Positions 6,801-16,161 of a DNA stretch of 22,890 nt are shown piece after piece. The number at the start of each line of letters is the position of its first letter. Positions within the stretch are counted from its first letter, which is position 1. A program made the translations under genes and the position numbers. The notes under the pieces were generated by a model, which worked only from the letters and a program-made list of their open reading frames with translations, was not told the DNA's origin and did no database searches. The stretch is from a virus, in the IMG/VR virus record IMGVR_UViG_3300000983_000001, positions 1 to 22,890 of that record. One strand, given 5' to 3'.

Positions 6801-8315
6801 AGTTATAGCTTGGAGATATGTGACATTAAAAGTTTAAGAAACTTTAAAAAACACATTAAATTAAAAGTAAAAAAGAAAAAAAACAGAATAAACTCTTGGG
6901 ATTTACAGAAAAGAAGAAATGAAAAAATAACAGATTATGAATATCTTCATACTATTGAAAAGGGGGATTTTTTCATTGAGAATAATAAGCTGCAAAATTT
7001 AATAGGAAGAAAGGTGCTTAAAGTTGAAAAATTGGGACTACAAAATGTGTACAATTTAAGTACAAAATATACACACACTTATTTAACTAATAATTTTATA
7101 TCCCACAATACATCTGGTGACATGGAGGGGGGAACATATGATTTTGCAGATATGCACAGTAACCCTCTGGCATATAATTTGTTAGCGTTTGAAAACATAT
7201 GGGATGAAGATTTAAAAGGTACAAAATGCGGATTCTTTCACCCTATTAGTTGGAACTTAGAAGGTTACTATGATAAGCAAGGTAATTCAAAAATAGAGGA
7301 GGCAAAACAAAATGAGTTAGATATTAGAGAAGATTTAAAGGCTAATGGAGCAGATTCAACCGCACTGCAAGAACACATGCAAGAATTTCCTTTAAGTCCT
7401 AGTGAAGCTTTTGGGGCAGTTTCCGTTAATAACTTTCCTATTTTAGAATTAAAGAAAAGATTAGCATATGTTAAAGCTAATGATTTACAGAATAGACATG
7501 GTATACCTGTTAAGTTAAATTATACAGAGGATGGTATTGGTATTAAAATGAAAGTTATTCTTGATGGAACAGCTAATCCTATCACAAGTTGGATCAACTT
7601 ACCTAAAGATCAAAGAGGTTGTGTAATGATTTATGAACCGCCTGTGGTTAATCCACCAAGAGGTTTATATAAAATTGGTTATGATCCTGTTAGACAAAAT
7701 CAAGGCACTTCACTTGCTGCTATTATTGTATATAAAGGTGTACATAGGAATAGTGCTAAAAAGAATATAATCGTTGCTGAATTTATAGGAAGAAGAGATG
7801 ACACAGATAAAAATGATGAGATAGCAGCTAAACTTGCTATATTTTATAATACAACTATAATGCATGAAAATGAAGTGACAGGTGTTGTAAACTATTTCAA
7901 AAGAAATAAAAAATTAAGACTTTTAGCTACACAGCCTGATGGAGTGATAAGTAAAAGCACTAAAAACTCTAAAGTAGCAAGAACATTTGGTTGTCATATG
8001 AGTAAACCTCTAAAGGATGCAGGAGAACGATATATTAAGACATGGTTAATTCAAGTTTTAGACCATGACGAAGAAGGGAAAAAGATAACAACAATTGATA
8101 AAATTAACTCTATAAGGTTACTAGAAGAATTAATACATTATCGAGAAGGTAATTTTGATTTAATTTCTGCTTTAATTATGTGTCTTTTTCAAGTTCAGGA
8201 GGAGGTGTTAGGTAAGGTTTATGACAACAGTAATGCAAATAATAAACTCAAAGACCTAGAAAAAATGTCTAAAAACATATATAAAAGAGATTACGACAGT
8301 TATGGGTACAACTAA
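3861..8315 (+). CDS. terL: Terminase large subunit precursor with two inteins (spliced product ~742 aa)
   Basis: ITGDHYFYLNY, Walker A KARRRGY/SYK (split by intein 1), Walker B IKIEEAG, motif C IFG/TSG (split by intein 2), nuclease motifs IGYDP, HENE and NFDLISA. Confidence 0.96.
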   Translation: MSYGSGKLDAVRNKNGIWINTSVFREAALHFQKYGYYNADPPESPDWKEYWLEEKRRCIRGYSVGGVWITGDHYFYLNYCPIRKLEDAHLKQTKGKKVTTFPDFWDGDYNYFIASEIALNGILENFVKEKERKRILSLEDYARLDALDTIVKSLNLEVKIPTHSILKRRNRPDQIQDHLLGGKNMIIGKARRRGYEQPHSEIIMTDKGKSTMGKIAVGEYVLTPNGTKTKVTAKYFQGLKCVYELELYDGRKVKCGLNHLWKIYSGNFNKKTKDRYFKILSTEDILKSSYKEKGVYKHYIKINEPISNADDLKDLPLPPYVVGAFLGDGNMIRQTRLSGIDEDIHERVLKEVSEKFKDLEIKIIRRVRYWEYSFLTRDIEHFRLWRDRYNYKKVGTARINPLYKEFEKLGINCHGNNKYIPDVYKYNSTISERYALVQGLMDTDGTVSEDGSMSFAGNSERLVSDLQEVLYSLGIGSTKRVRKDGLHIIYINTNEEIVYLKRKKVRLKKYRKCRKYIPIINIKKLGYKELSSCIEVEDEEHLYLTRGYVTTHNSYKAASEAVNTYFTKPESLSIFGAYESRYLYPKGLFTMTLNYINFINKNTGWAMPSDKVNRQDSIKASYVEYNKDGQPIELGYKSNIIALSFKDNADAARGKDADKIKIEEAGAFGRPGLLKASYKAMKPCVMAGQIQTGIITIFGCVMAGTKVWDNKGVLTNIEDITKEKGIIGYASKGVMSEEITWLKPPGKKECVKITTSKGESISCSLDHPLLWTKRWYKKGKNKAATFKRAEDVKVGDILLQTLQMPKFGQKRIWKPYLVGLLIGDGYYGQNSSPQIAISEPELLTYLDESETSYSIYKGKSSEIPYFRYVTLKGSQKELRLLGIYGQTKKSKRLPSNIWQYKKEDVCELLAGYFDADGNISAVGLKKCIKLTSVVKKLLEEVKTQLFKLGISSNIYKRDNKKSVILKSNVTGKTSTIKRTISYSLEICDIKSLRNFKKHIKLKVKKKKNRINSWDLQKRRNEKITDYEYLHTIEKGDFFIENNKLQNLIGRKVLKVEKLGLQNVYNLSTKYTHTYLTNNFISHNTSGDMEGGTYDFADMHSNPLAYNLLAFENIWDEDLKGTKCGFFHPISWNLEGYYDKQGNSKIEEAKQNELDIREDLKANGADSTALQEHMQEFPLSPSEAFGAVSVNNFPILELKKRLAYVKANDLQNRHGIPVKLNYTEDGIGIKMKVILDGTANPITSWINLPKDQRGCVMIYEPPVVNPPRGLYKIGYDPVRQNQGTSLAAIIVYKGVHRNSAKKNIIVAEFIGRRDDTDKNDEIAAKLAIFYNTTIMHENEVTGVVNYFKRNKKLRLLATQPDGVISKSTKNSKVARTFGCHMSKPLKDAGERYIKTWLIQVLDHDEEGKKITTIDKINSIRLLEELIHYREGNFDLISALIMCLFQVQEEVLGKVYDNSNANNKLKDLEKMSKNIYKRDYDSYGYN
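4446..5519 (+). mobile_element. Intein 1 (358 aa), class-3-type, with LAGLIDADG homing endonuclease
   Basis: Starts EQPHSEIIMT and ends VTTHN/S. Block B NHLW, block F SSCIEV, LAGLIDADG helices VVGAFLGDG and LVQGLMDTDG. Removal restores KARRRGYSYK. Confidence 0.9.
5958..7109 (+). mobile_element. Intein 2 (384 aa), class 1, with LAGLIDADG homing endonuclease
   Basis: Starts CVMAGTKV and ends FISHN/T. Block B CSLDHPL, block F VYNLS, LAGLIDADG helices LVGLLIGDG and LLAGYFDADG. Removal restores IFGTSGD. Confidence 0.95.
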
Positions 8316-10668
8316 GGAAAAAATCAGATTAACTCGAAAAGAAAAGAAAAGAAGTTGGTATATATCTGAGATGAATAGGTTTAAAGGTAGTCATGTTAGT
8401 GGTATCTATTCCGCAGGTGAAATTGGTCACAGTCAATTTGCGGACAACCAAGTTAATTATGACATGTTTAATAACAAAGTTATAATGAAACAATTGTTAT
8501 ATGTTTGTCAACCTCATGGAACAGGAAGAGAATACCCTGCTACTATGCGTAACTTTGATATATCTAGCGGAAAAATACGTACTCTTTTAGGTATGGAAAT
8601 TAAAAGGGGTAGTTCTTGGAAATTTGTTGCAACGAATCCTGATGCGACTAATAGAAAAGAAGAAATTTATTTCAATAAAGTTAGACAATTTACTGTTGAC
8701 ACTTTGATGCAACCTTTAAGAGAAGAAGCAGAAATAAAATTTCAACAGGAAACACAAGGCAGACAGCTAAATGAAAATGAGATAAAAGAGTTGAGGGAAA
8801 AACTCAGCAAAGAAATGGAAAATAAAACGCCAATTGATGTTGAAAAGTATATGAATAGGAAACATCAAGACCCTGCTGAAATAATGTTTTCTCAACTGTT
8901 GGAGTATTTAGTTTTAAAAAATAAAATGGATGAAAAATTTAACAGGTGTTTTAAACACTTTCTGCTAAGTGCTAAGTCTGTGATGTATGTTGGGATGTTA
9001 AATGGTGAACCTTATTCAATTGACATAAATTCACAAAGAGTAAATTATGCACCAGATAATTCAAATAAATCTATTCAAGATCGAGATTGGGCTACTTGTG
9101 AACACTATTTTTCTAACAGTGATATAATCAAATATTTTGGATCAGAGTTAAAAAAAGGTGATCTCGATAAAATATTACATCAAAACAGAACACTAGGAGA
9201 AAAATTATTAGCCGAAGGTATTTTTAACCATAAAGAGACAGAAGGAGATAAAGGAAGAAGGGTATTACACTGTGTTTGGAAAAGCCTAAGAAAGATTGGG
9301 TTTTTAACATATATAGACGAAGAAGGTACAGAGCAAGAAAGGATTGTCGATGAAGATTATATTTATAATGAACAAATGGGAGATATAGATATAAAGTGGG
9401 AGTGGTTAAATGAAATACATGAAGGTTGGGATTTTGGAGACGATATTTATGCATATTTACGACCTTTACCTGGACAATTCACAGACCCAAATAACTTAGG
9501 AGGTAAACTTCCTTACTTTGGTGTTATCTGTGACAATATGAATAGTGAACCTGTTGCACTTATGTCAAGACTAAGAACCTACCAACATTACTTAAATATA
9601 ATTATGTATAGGTTAGAGTTGGTAATGGCTAAGGATAAGGGCAAGAATTTACTATTAAATATTAATGCTGTATCTGGTTCAAGCGATGTTCCTACAACAA
9701 CTTTTGAACACTTATTAGATGCAACAGGTGTAGGTTATTTAAACCCCAATGAAGAAGGGGTTAATTATAATGATATTAATGCTTTAGCTAAAGTAATCGA
9801 CAGATCAAGAGGAGGTGAGATTAGTTATTACATAAATCTCGCAGAATATATAAAAAGATTAGCAGGAGAGAGTGTGGGTATTACACCTGATGTAGAAGGT
9901 CAGATAGCCAAAGATGCAGCAGTATCTAATACTAGACAAAATATTGTTCAGAAAAGTTATATATTAGAATATTACTTTAATCTCCATGAAAGATTTAAAC
10001 AAGAAGTTTTAACTCATATGTTAGAGCTTAGTAGGTTTGCTTATTCAGGTAAGAACGGAAAAAAACTTACGTATGTCGTTGACCAAATGACCAAAGAGTT
10101 ATTAATAAACGAAGAATATTTAACTCAAACCACATTTGGGCTATTTCTTTCAAACAGTTTAAAAACACAGGAAGCACAAGATACTATCCGACAACTGGCA
10201 CATGCAGCTTTACAGAATCAACGAATAGAATTTTCTGACATATTAGTTGTATTGAGACAAAATGGCATAAAAGAGGCAACTGAACAATTGCAATTAGCTG
10301 AATCTCGAAGAAGAAAAATGGAGCAAAACCTCCAACAACAGCAAATTGAAGCTAAGAAAGAGGAGCAAGCAAGGTTAGATAATATGGAACGTCAAAGACA
10401 CAGAGATGCTTTAGAGATGCAATCAGAAGAATACAGACTTAAAACAGAGTTAGCTATAACTGAGAATGCATTAGTTGGCATGAGTTACAACCCTGATATT
10501 GATAAAGATAGAGACGGAAAAAACGACTTTTTGGAAATAGCTAAATTTGGAGTAGATGCAGATGTGACAGCTAGAAAATTAACTTTAGAGGAAGATAAAC
10601 TTAAACATCAAAAACAAGTAGACAACAAAAAATTAAGTTTAGAAAAACAAAAAGTAAAAAGTAAATAA
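8302..10668 (+). CDS. Portal protein (crAss-like)
   Basis: 788 aa directly after TerL. Motifs V..CVWKS.RKIG, WEW.NE..EG, LPY.G and a C-terminal coiled coil match recalled crAss-like portals. Confidence 0.88.
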   Translation: MGTTKEKIRLTRKEKKRSWYISEMNRFKGSHVSGIYSAGEIGHSQFADNQVNYDMFNNKVIMKQLLYVCQPHGTGREYPATMRNFDISSGKIRTLLGMEIKRGSSWKFVATNPDATNRKEEIYFNKVRQFTVDTLMQPLREEAEIKFQQETQGRQLNENEIKELREKLSKEMENKTPIDVEKYMNRKHQDPAEIMFSQLLEYLVLKNKMDEKFNRCFKHFLLSAKSVMYVGMLNGEPYSIDINSQRVNYAPDNSNKSIQDRDWATCEHYFSNSDIIKYFGSELKKGDLDKILHQNRTLGEKLLAEGIFNHKETEGDKGRRVLHCVWKSLRKIGFLTYIDEEGTEQERIVDEDYIYNEQMGDIDIKWEWLNEIHEGWDFGDDIYAYLRPLPGQFTDPNNLGGKLPYFGVICDNMNSEPVALMSRLRTYQHYLNIIMYRLELVMAKDKGKNLLLNINAVSGSSDVPTTTFEHLLDATGVGYLNPNEEGVNYNDINALAKVIDRSRGGEISYYINLAEYIKRLAGESVGITPDVEGQIAKDAAVSNTRQNIVQKSYILEYYFNLHERFKQEVLTHMLELSRFAYSGKNGKKLTYVVDQMTKELLINEEYLTQTTFGLFLSNSLKTQEAQDTIRQLAHAALQNQRIEFSDILVVLRQNGIKEATEQLQLAESRRRKMEQNLQQQQIEAKKEEQARLDNMERQRHRDALEMQSEEYRLKTELAITENALVGMSYNPDIDKDRDGKNDFLEIAKFGVDADVTARKLTLEEDKLKHQKQVDNKKLSLEKQKVKSK

Positions 10669-10696
10669 TAGTATATTAACTATAAATATTTCTTTT

Positions 10697-10741
10697 TTAC
10701 CAAGAAATTTTTGGTAATTAAAATAAAATAAATTATATTCA
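10697..10741 (+). promoter_or_regulatory. Putative promoter with overlapping inverted repeat upstream of the scaffold/capsid genes
   Basis: TTTG (10710-10713), 20 nt, then TATATTCA (10734-10741). Inverted repeat TTACCAAGA-AAT-TTTTGGTAA at 10697-10717. Confidence 0.4.
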
Positions 10742-10746
10742 GCAAT

Positions 10747-11811
10747 ATGGAAAGTATTTTCGATGACTTTTGGAGTCCCGAACAAGGTAAACCCAATAAC
10801 ACAGAGCAACCTACAGAAGAACCTTCTTCATTAAAGAAAAAAGAAGAAACTAATAGTTTTTTACAAGCTTTAGAAGGTGGAGCAAGTATTTTCGATAACT
10901 TTGACTCGGATGCAGAAGTAGAACCTAAAACAGAAGAAGTTAACCCTAAACAGGAAAGAACAAAAAATTTGTTTGGTTGGGAAGATGACTTATTAGAAGA
11001 AGGAGAAACATGGGAAACAGTGAATAATCAACGGTATAAAGAAATATACCAAAATAAATTGGGGCAAGAGGTTGTCACTGGTATTGAAGAACAATTTAAA
11101 AAACTCCCAAAAAATCTGATTAATCTAAATCATTATGTACTAAATGGAGGTAAATTAGAAGATTTTATCAATAATATATCTGAGCAAAACAAAAAAGTTG
11201 ATCTAAATTTAGACTTAACAAATGCAGAAAATCAAGAATTAGTTGTAAGAAATGCTTTAAGCATAGAGGGGAGAGATGCAGATTATATTGAAAAAAATAT
11301 AAAATTCCTAAAAAAAGAAGATTTATTAGAGCAGGAATCTTTAATGAGATATGAAAAAGGTAAATTAGCTAGGAAAGAAGAAGAAAAAAAGTTAGTAGAA
11401 CAACAAAAACAGATAGCCCAAGTTGAAAAAGATAGATTAAATGTTTTACAGCAAGAAAGATTAGATTTTAGAAGAAGTATTAATGAATATTTAAATGCTG
11501 AAAATAAAGATTTAGGTTTCACCTTTAGCGAAGAAGATAAAAAAGCTACAGCCGATTTCTATTTAACACCAACTTTCACTTCCGAAGATGGGCAAAATGT
11601 TACCGATTTTCAGAAAAGCTTAAAAGATATATTTAATAGTCCTGCCAAAGCTGCTCTACTAAGAAAGATAATTCAATCAGATTTTGATTTCAGTTTTTTA
11701 AGCAAAAAATTAGCAACAAAAGCTACTCAAAAAGTTAGAGAGCAGTTGAACAATAAAGCGGTAGATGACAATAGTGATCCTTTATTTGAATTTTTATCTA
11801 CTGTTGTATAA
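10747..11811 (+). CDS. Acidic coiled-coil protein between portal and MCP, possible capsid scaffolding protein
   Basis: 354 aa with a disordered E/P-rich N-terminus and an E/K/Q-rich coiled coil. Position is conserved in crAss-like phages. Confidence 0.6.
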   Translation: MESIFDDFWSPEQGKPNNTEQPTEEPSSLKKKEETNSFLQALEGGASIFDNFDSDAEVEPKTEEVNPKQERTKNLFGWEDDLLEEGETWETVNNQRYKEIYQNKLGQEVVTGIEEQFKKLPKNLINLNHYVLNGGKLEDFINNISEQNKKVDLNLDLTNAENQELVVRNALSIEGRDADYIEKNIKFLKKEDLLEQESLMRYEKGKLARKEEEKKLVEQQKQIAQVEKDRLNVLQQERLDFRRSINEYLNAENKDLGFTFSEEDKKATADFYLTPTFTSEDGQNVTDFQKSLKDIFNSPAKAALLRKIIQSDFDFSFLSKKLATKATQKVREQLNNKAVDDNSDPLFEFLSTVV

Positions 11812-11846
11812 TAAAAGAAACTCAATAAATAACTAATAACACAAAA

Positions 11847-13313
11847 ATGTTAGGTAACAATCTTGTATATGAGGTCGGCAAAATACACGCCAATATGACC
11901 AACTTGAACCACTTAGGTAACGATCTTAGGAACAAACCTAAACAGATGTTTGGTGTAATGAATCATCTTTTTAGTTCTCAAATTTGGTCGGAGAATCCGT
12001 TAATGAAAATTTTATCTTCTCATAAGAGATATAAAAAAGAAGTAGAAGGCTTAGAGTATGGTTGGGATTTACAGTCAAATCATGTTAGACCACTTATAAT
12101 TATTTCTAATGTAATGCCTGCAAGTAACCAAAAATTAGGTTATTTAAATACCAGTTTTAAATTGAAATTTGATACAAATTTCCTCTTGATTGGTGATGTA
12201 ATAGTTGCAGGAGAAGGCCCAAAAAATATTCAAGCCAGATGTATGAGTCGAGCAAGTCGGCACGGTAATGGTTGGGTATATACTTTTCAATTGATGGGCA
12301 ACAACAGTAAGCAGTATGTTAATCTTCGGTATGTTCGACCTGGACAAAAATGGGCAAAACTCTTTAGCCAGTACGGGGAAGCTAATAAACTTAGAGGTTC
12401 TACACAATTCACAAAAAAACTAGAATTATCTAATAAATTAAGTAAGTATGCGAAAAGATATGAAATTACTGATTATGCACAATCAGAAGTTTTATCTATG
12501 GCAATTATTGATGCCAATGGAAAAGCGCATAAAAAGTGGTTTCCTTACGCAGAGGCAATTTACTGGAAACAATGGCATCGAGAATTAGAAAGAGGTTTTT
12601 GGTATTCTCGAAGCACGGACACTGTATTAGATGAAAATGGTTATCCCGTAACTTCGGGTGCAGGTATTCATGAACAGTTGGAAAAAAGTTACAGAGAGCC
12701 TTATAGTGTTCTTACAGGAGAATTGCTAAGAGATTACTTAATGAGCGTGTTTTATTCCAAAACTTCTCCTTCTACGGAACAAAGACGTATGAAGGCATAT
12801 ACAGGGGAGTATGGTATGGAAATCTTTTCTGATGCGATGTTAGATTGGCAAAAAAGAAAAGGTTTTGTTATCAATGCAGATATGGTTTCTTCTCAGGTGA
12901 AATCTTCCCAACATAAAAATGCTCTTTCTATGGGGCATAAGATAGTAGAATATCAGTTTGTTAATGGTGCTACACTTACTTTGGAACATAATCCATTGTA
13001 TGATGATCCAAACATTAATATGGCAATTGATGAACAAACAGGTAGACCTATTGAAAGTCAGAGGTTCACTTTTCTTGATTTCACTGGTGAAAATGGTGGA
13101 AGTAATATACATCTTGTTAAAAAGAAAGGTGCTGCTGCATTTGGTTATTTAAATGGTATGCATACTCCTTTTGGTCCAGCAACTAAAGGACAGAAATCTA
13201 TGTATATTTCCCATGCAGGATCATACACTTCAATGCATGTTCAAGATGTTTGTGGAGCAGGTATTGTCGATGTATCTAAATGCGGAGAGCTTTACCTTGC
13301 GAGAGGTTATTAA
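11847..13313 (+). CDS. Major capsid protein (crAss-like)
   Basis: 488 aa. Motifs SGAGI.EQ, YTGEYGM..F, G.TLTLEHNPLYDD and D..TGRP.ES.R.TFLDF, plus synteny, match crAss-like MCPs. Confidence 0.88.
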   Translation: MLGNNLVYEVGKIHANMTNLNHLGNDLRNKPKQMFGVMNHLFSSQIWSENPLMKILSSHKRYKKEVEGLEYGWDLQSNHVRPLIIISNVMPASNQKLGYLNTSFKLKFDTNFLLIGDVIVAGEGPKNIQARCMSRASRHGNGWVYTFQLMGNNSKQYVNLRYVRPGQKWAKLFSQYGEANKLRGSTQFTKKLELSNKLSKYAKRYEITDYAQSEVLSMAIIDANGKAHKKWFPYAEAIYWKQWHRELERGFWYSRSTDTVLDENGYPVTSGAGIHEQLEKSYREPYSVLTGELLRDYLMSVFYSKTSPSTEQRRMKAYTGEYGMEIFSDAMLDWQKRKGFVINADMVSSQVKSSQHKNALSMGHKIVEYQFVNGATLTLEHNPLYDDPNINMAIDEQTGRPIESQRFTFLDFTGENGGSNIHLVKKKGAAAFGYLNGMHTPFGPATKGQKSMYISHAGSYTSMHVQDVCGAGIVDVSKCGELYLARGY

Positions 13314-13337
13314 TTAAACAAAAATACATAAGATATT

Positions 13338-14183
13338 ATGAAAGCTAATATTATTCAAATTAAACCTGTTAAGAGAGAGGATAAATCTTATCCTCGTATA
13401 AAAGATTACACGGAGGATAAAGATATAAAAGCTAAAACTCCAAAAAGAGCATTAGTTAAATCTGGTAGATACATGACAGGTTTGAATGAGGTGGACAAAA
13501 CTTACCCTGATAGTGAAGGAAATCAAGACAAACTTACAGAGAAGGAATATTATTCCATGTTGACGGGGATGAATCTTGATTCTTTATTTAAGCCAGGAAA
13601 AGCTCATAAGTATTGGGACACATCATTGGGTAAAGTGGACTTACCTAATTTCACACTAATGATGGATATTTCAGACCCACACCAATACATCAAGTATAAA
13701 ATATTATATGATTGTAATACAGTAGCTAATAGCGAGGCTGAAATTCAAAATGAACATACACACTACATCTATAGCGAGACAGAAGGCATAGAAAAACGTG
13801 CTAAACATGCTGATTTGGTGGGACAAGCAACTATTAAATGTTTTGATCTAACTGTTCAAAAGAAAAAGCAGATATTAGTTGTTATTAACAAATCCAACCT
13901 AAGAAATAAGGAAGATAGTTATATAACAGCAGAGCTTCATGATTTAATCAATAAAGACCCTAAACTTGTTTTAGAATATCTTCAAAAAGATGCAACTCAA
14001 CTGGCAGTGTCGGCATTAGTTGAAACTGCTATTATGGAGTCTGTCTTAGATGATAGAGGTATTGAGGGTATTTTTTATGGGGGAGATAAGCTTGGGGAAA
14101 GTAAAGACACTGTTATTTTAAAATTATCCTCCCCTGAGAACCAAAATATGAGAATTATTATTAAGCAAGCTTTACAAAGTTAA
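13338..14183 (+). CDS. Conserved crAss-like protein immediately downstream of MCP
   Basis: 281-aa ORF with D.SDP..YIKYKIL...VANS and a C-terminal L..PENQ pattern. Supported by synteny. Confidence 0.6.
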   Translation: MKANIIQIKPVKREDKSYPRIKDYTEDKDIKAKTPKRALVKSGRYMTGLNEVDKTYPDSEGNQDKLTEKEYYSMLTGMNLDSLFKPGKAHKYWDTSLGKVDLPNFTLMMDISDPHQYIKYKILYDCNTVANSEAEIQNEHTHYIYSETEGIEKRAKHADLVGQATIKCFDLTVQKKKQILVVINKSNLRNKEDSYITAELHDLINKDPKLVLEYLQKDATQLAVSALVETAIMESVLDDRGIEGIFYGGDKLGESKDTVILKLSSPENQNMRIIIKQALQS

Positions 14184-14189
14184 TACTTC

Positions 14190-14930
14190 ATGACTATTAG
14201 GGAAATGCATTATGATTTTAAGTTTAAACATAACAAGGTTGATACTCAAAATCACAGAAACTTAGTAGTTCCTGAAATTGACTGGTTGCTTAACGAAGCA
14301 TCTGAGTTGTTTGTTAAATTGATCGCAAAACCTAGACTGAGAAATCATTTAGGTTTTGAGGTCAATCAACGAACCTTAGACGATATAAGAACAATTGTTG
14401 TTAACAATGACAATGATACTAACAATGAAATACCTGTCACAAATAATATAGGTGTTTTGCCTGACGATTATTGGCATCATATTAGAAGCTACGCTAAGGT
14501 CTCAAAAGGTTCTTGTAAAGATCAACATGCAAGAATAGTGCTGAGGCAACATGACGATAAATTTAATGAATCCAAGTTTGATAGATCAAATTTTAATTGG
14601 AGATTTGTTAATGCGCTGATTTATCAAAACAATATTAAATTTTACACTAATGGAGATTTTACAGTAGAGCGTTACTGCATAAGTTACATCCGAAAAATGG
14701 TGTATATGCATAACGCACAAGACTTTAATATAAGTGCAACAGGTGTGGGTAGTTATAACCGATTAGATGCAGGAAATACTACATTAACTGGTAGGGTAGA
14801 TTGTGAATTACCCGAACACACACACAGGGAAATTGTAGATATTGCTGTAGCACTAGCTACGAATTATTCCCAAAATGGGGACTATAACCTTAAATTAAAT
14901 AAGTTACAAAGCTTTAACCAAACAATATAA
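14190..14930 (+). CDS. Tail ring / head-tail adaptor protein
   Basis: EIDWLLNEA, LPDDY, YIRK and CELPEHTHREIVDIAV motifs typical of crAss-like ring proteins. Confidence 0.7.
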   Translation: MTIREMHYDFKFKHNKVDTQNHRNLVVPEIDWLLNEASELFVKLIAKPRLRNHLGFEVNQRTLDDIRTIVVNNDNDTNNEIPVTNNIGVLPDDYWHHIRSYAKVSKGSCKDQHARIVLRQHDDKFNESKFDRSNFNWRFVNALIYQNNIKFYTNGDFTVERYCISYIRKMVYMHNAQDFNISATGVGSYNRLDAGNTTLTGRVDCELPEHTHREIVDIAVALATNYSQNGDYNLKLNKLQSFNQTI

Positions 14931-14935
14931 TAAAA

Positions 14936-16156
14936 ATGTCAGCAGTTCATAATAATAATGTATATAATGTACTTATACCAGATGGCAGTTTACCTCCAAC
15001 CGCAGTAGGAACACATATACACGATATAGGTGTAGGGGAAATAGGTGTCTTTGGGTATGAAGATCAAACAGCTTTAGATGGAAGCACAATCCCAAAAAGT
15101 TTTTTCATTGCATTAGGTGTAGATGACAGTGGAGATGGAAATGTAGACCGAATAGAACAATCTTCTGGTGTTAGGATATGGAGGAAACACATACATCAAT
15201 ACAACTACAGAGGTTATGTTGAAGCTAAACCTTCGATTGTTAGATTGAAAAATTACAAGGCTATGTGTGGGACAACATACACTTTTAAGTTAGACTTATT
15301 TAATGATAAGATAATGAGTGTGGTGTTTCCTAATACGTATTCAAATAGATTCTCTGTTACTACAGGTTGTTGCAAAGGTTGTGATTGCTCATGTGCCAAC
15401 GGAAATTGTAATGAATTAACAAAAAAGATGGTAGAAGCGTTGAACAATGCAGACACTACTTTTTACACAGCTACAGCTTATGCAACAGAGGCGATTACTA
15501 CATCTGATCATGGCACAAGTGCGGATTATGCTGTTGGTGATGTAATTTCCGAAGCAGACTTAGATATACTTATTGCTTTCAACGATGCAGCAGCAGAAGA
15601 AGATAGAGTGTGTACAGGTGTTGAAATTACTTCAAGTCCTATGCAAATATCCGACTTTTGTAATATCTCATTAAATTATAATAAGATCAGAGGAACAGAG
15701 ATCAAAGCTTTTTTACAAGATGGCTTCGATTGCAACGGAGAGGTTGAGTATTTTCAGGATATGGTTTTGCCCGAATTATCTGGTGCAGATTTAAAAGAAC
15801 TTGAAAACTTTGCGTCTGCGTGGAATGGTAAAGGTAGCCACTATAAATTTACATATTCAGGCTTACCAAAACCAGGTACACAGCTTAATGCAGATTCAAA
15901 AAAGAACTATCACATGATGCAGATAACCTACGATGCGTACCCTTATTCAGGGAGCGGAGGCAGGATTGCAAGTATGGAGACGATAGTAGCTTTTGATGCA
16001 GATGGAAGCAATATTGCTAGAGATGGTTTATTAGGTATCTTAGATGCTATTTTAGAAGATGATGGATTAGGTCCAATGTTAGATGATGCGACTGCCCAAG
16101 ACGGCAACCCTGATATACCAAGTATTGATAACTCAGATGAAGATGGTATATCGTAA
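14936..16156 (+). CDS. Virion structural protein, probable auxiliary capsid protein
   Basis: 406 aa, beta-rich and acidic. Position after the ring gene matches the auxiliary capsid gene of crAss-like phages. Contains the Cys cluster GCCKGCDCSC. Confidence 0.55.
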   Translation: MSAVHNNNVYNVLIPDGSLPPTAVGTHIHDIGVGEIGVFGYEDQTALDGSTIPKSFFIALGVDDSGDGNVDRIEQSSGVRIWRKHIHQYNYRGYVEAKPSIVRLKNYKAMCGTTYTFKLDLFNDKIMSVVFPNTYSNRFSVTTGCCKGCDCSCANGNCNELTKKMVEALNNADTTFYTATAYATEAITTSDHGTSADYAVGDVISEADLDILIAFNDAAAEEDRVCTGVEITSSPMQISDFCNISLNYNKIRGTEIKAFLQDGFDCNGEVEYFQDMVLPELSGADLKELENFASAWNGKGSHYKFTYSGLPKPGTQLNADSKKNYHMMQITYDAYPYSGSGGRIASMETIVAFDADGSNIARDGLLGILDAILEDDGLGPMLDDATAQDGNPDIPSIDNSDEDGIS

Positions 16157-16161
16157 CAGAT

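Noticed and set aside
10697-10717. Rho-independent terminator after the portal gene
   Set aside because: The stem is AT-rich and the T-run precedes rather than follows it on the + strand. The - strand also lacks a following U-tract.
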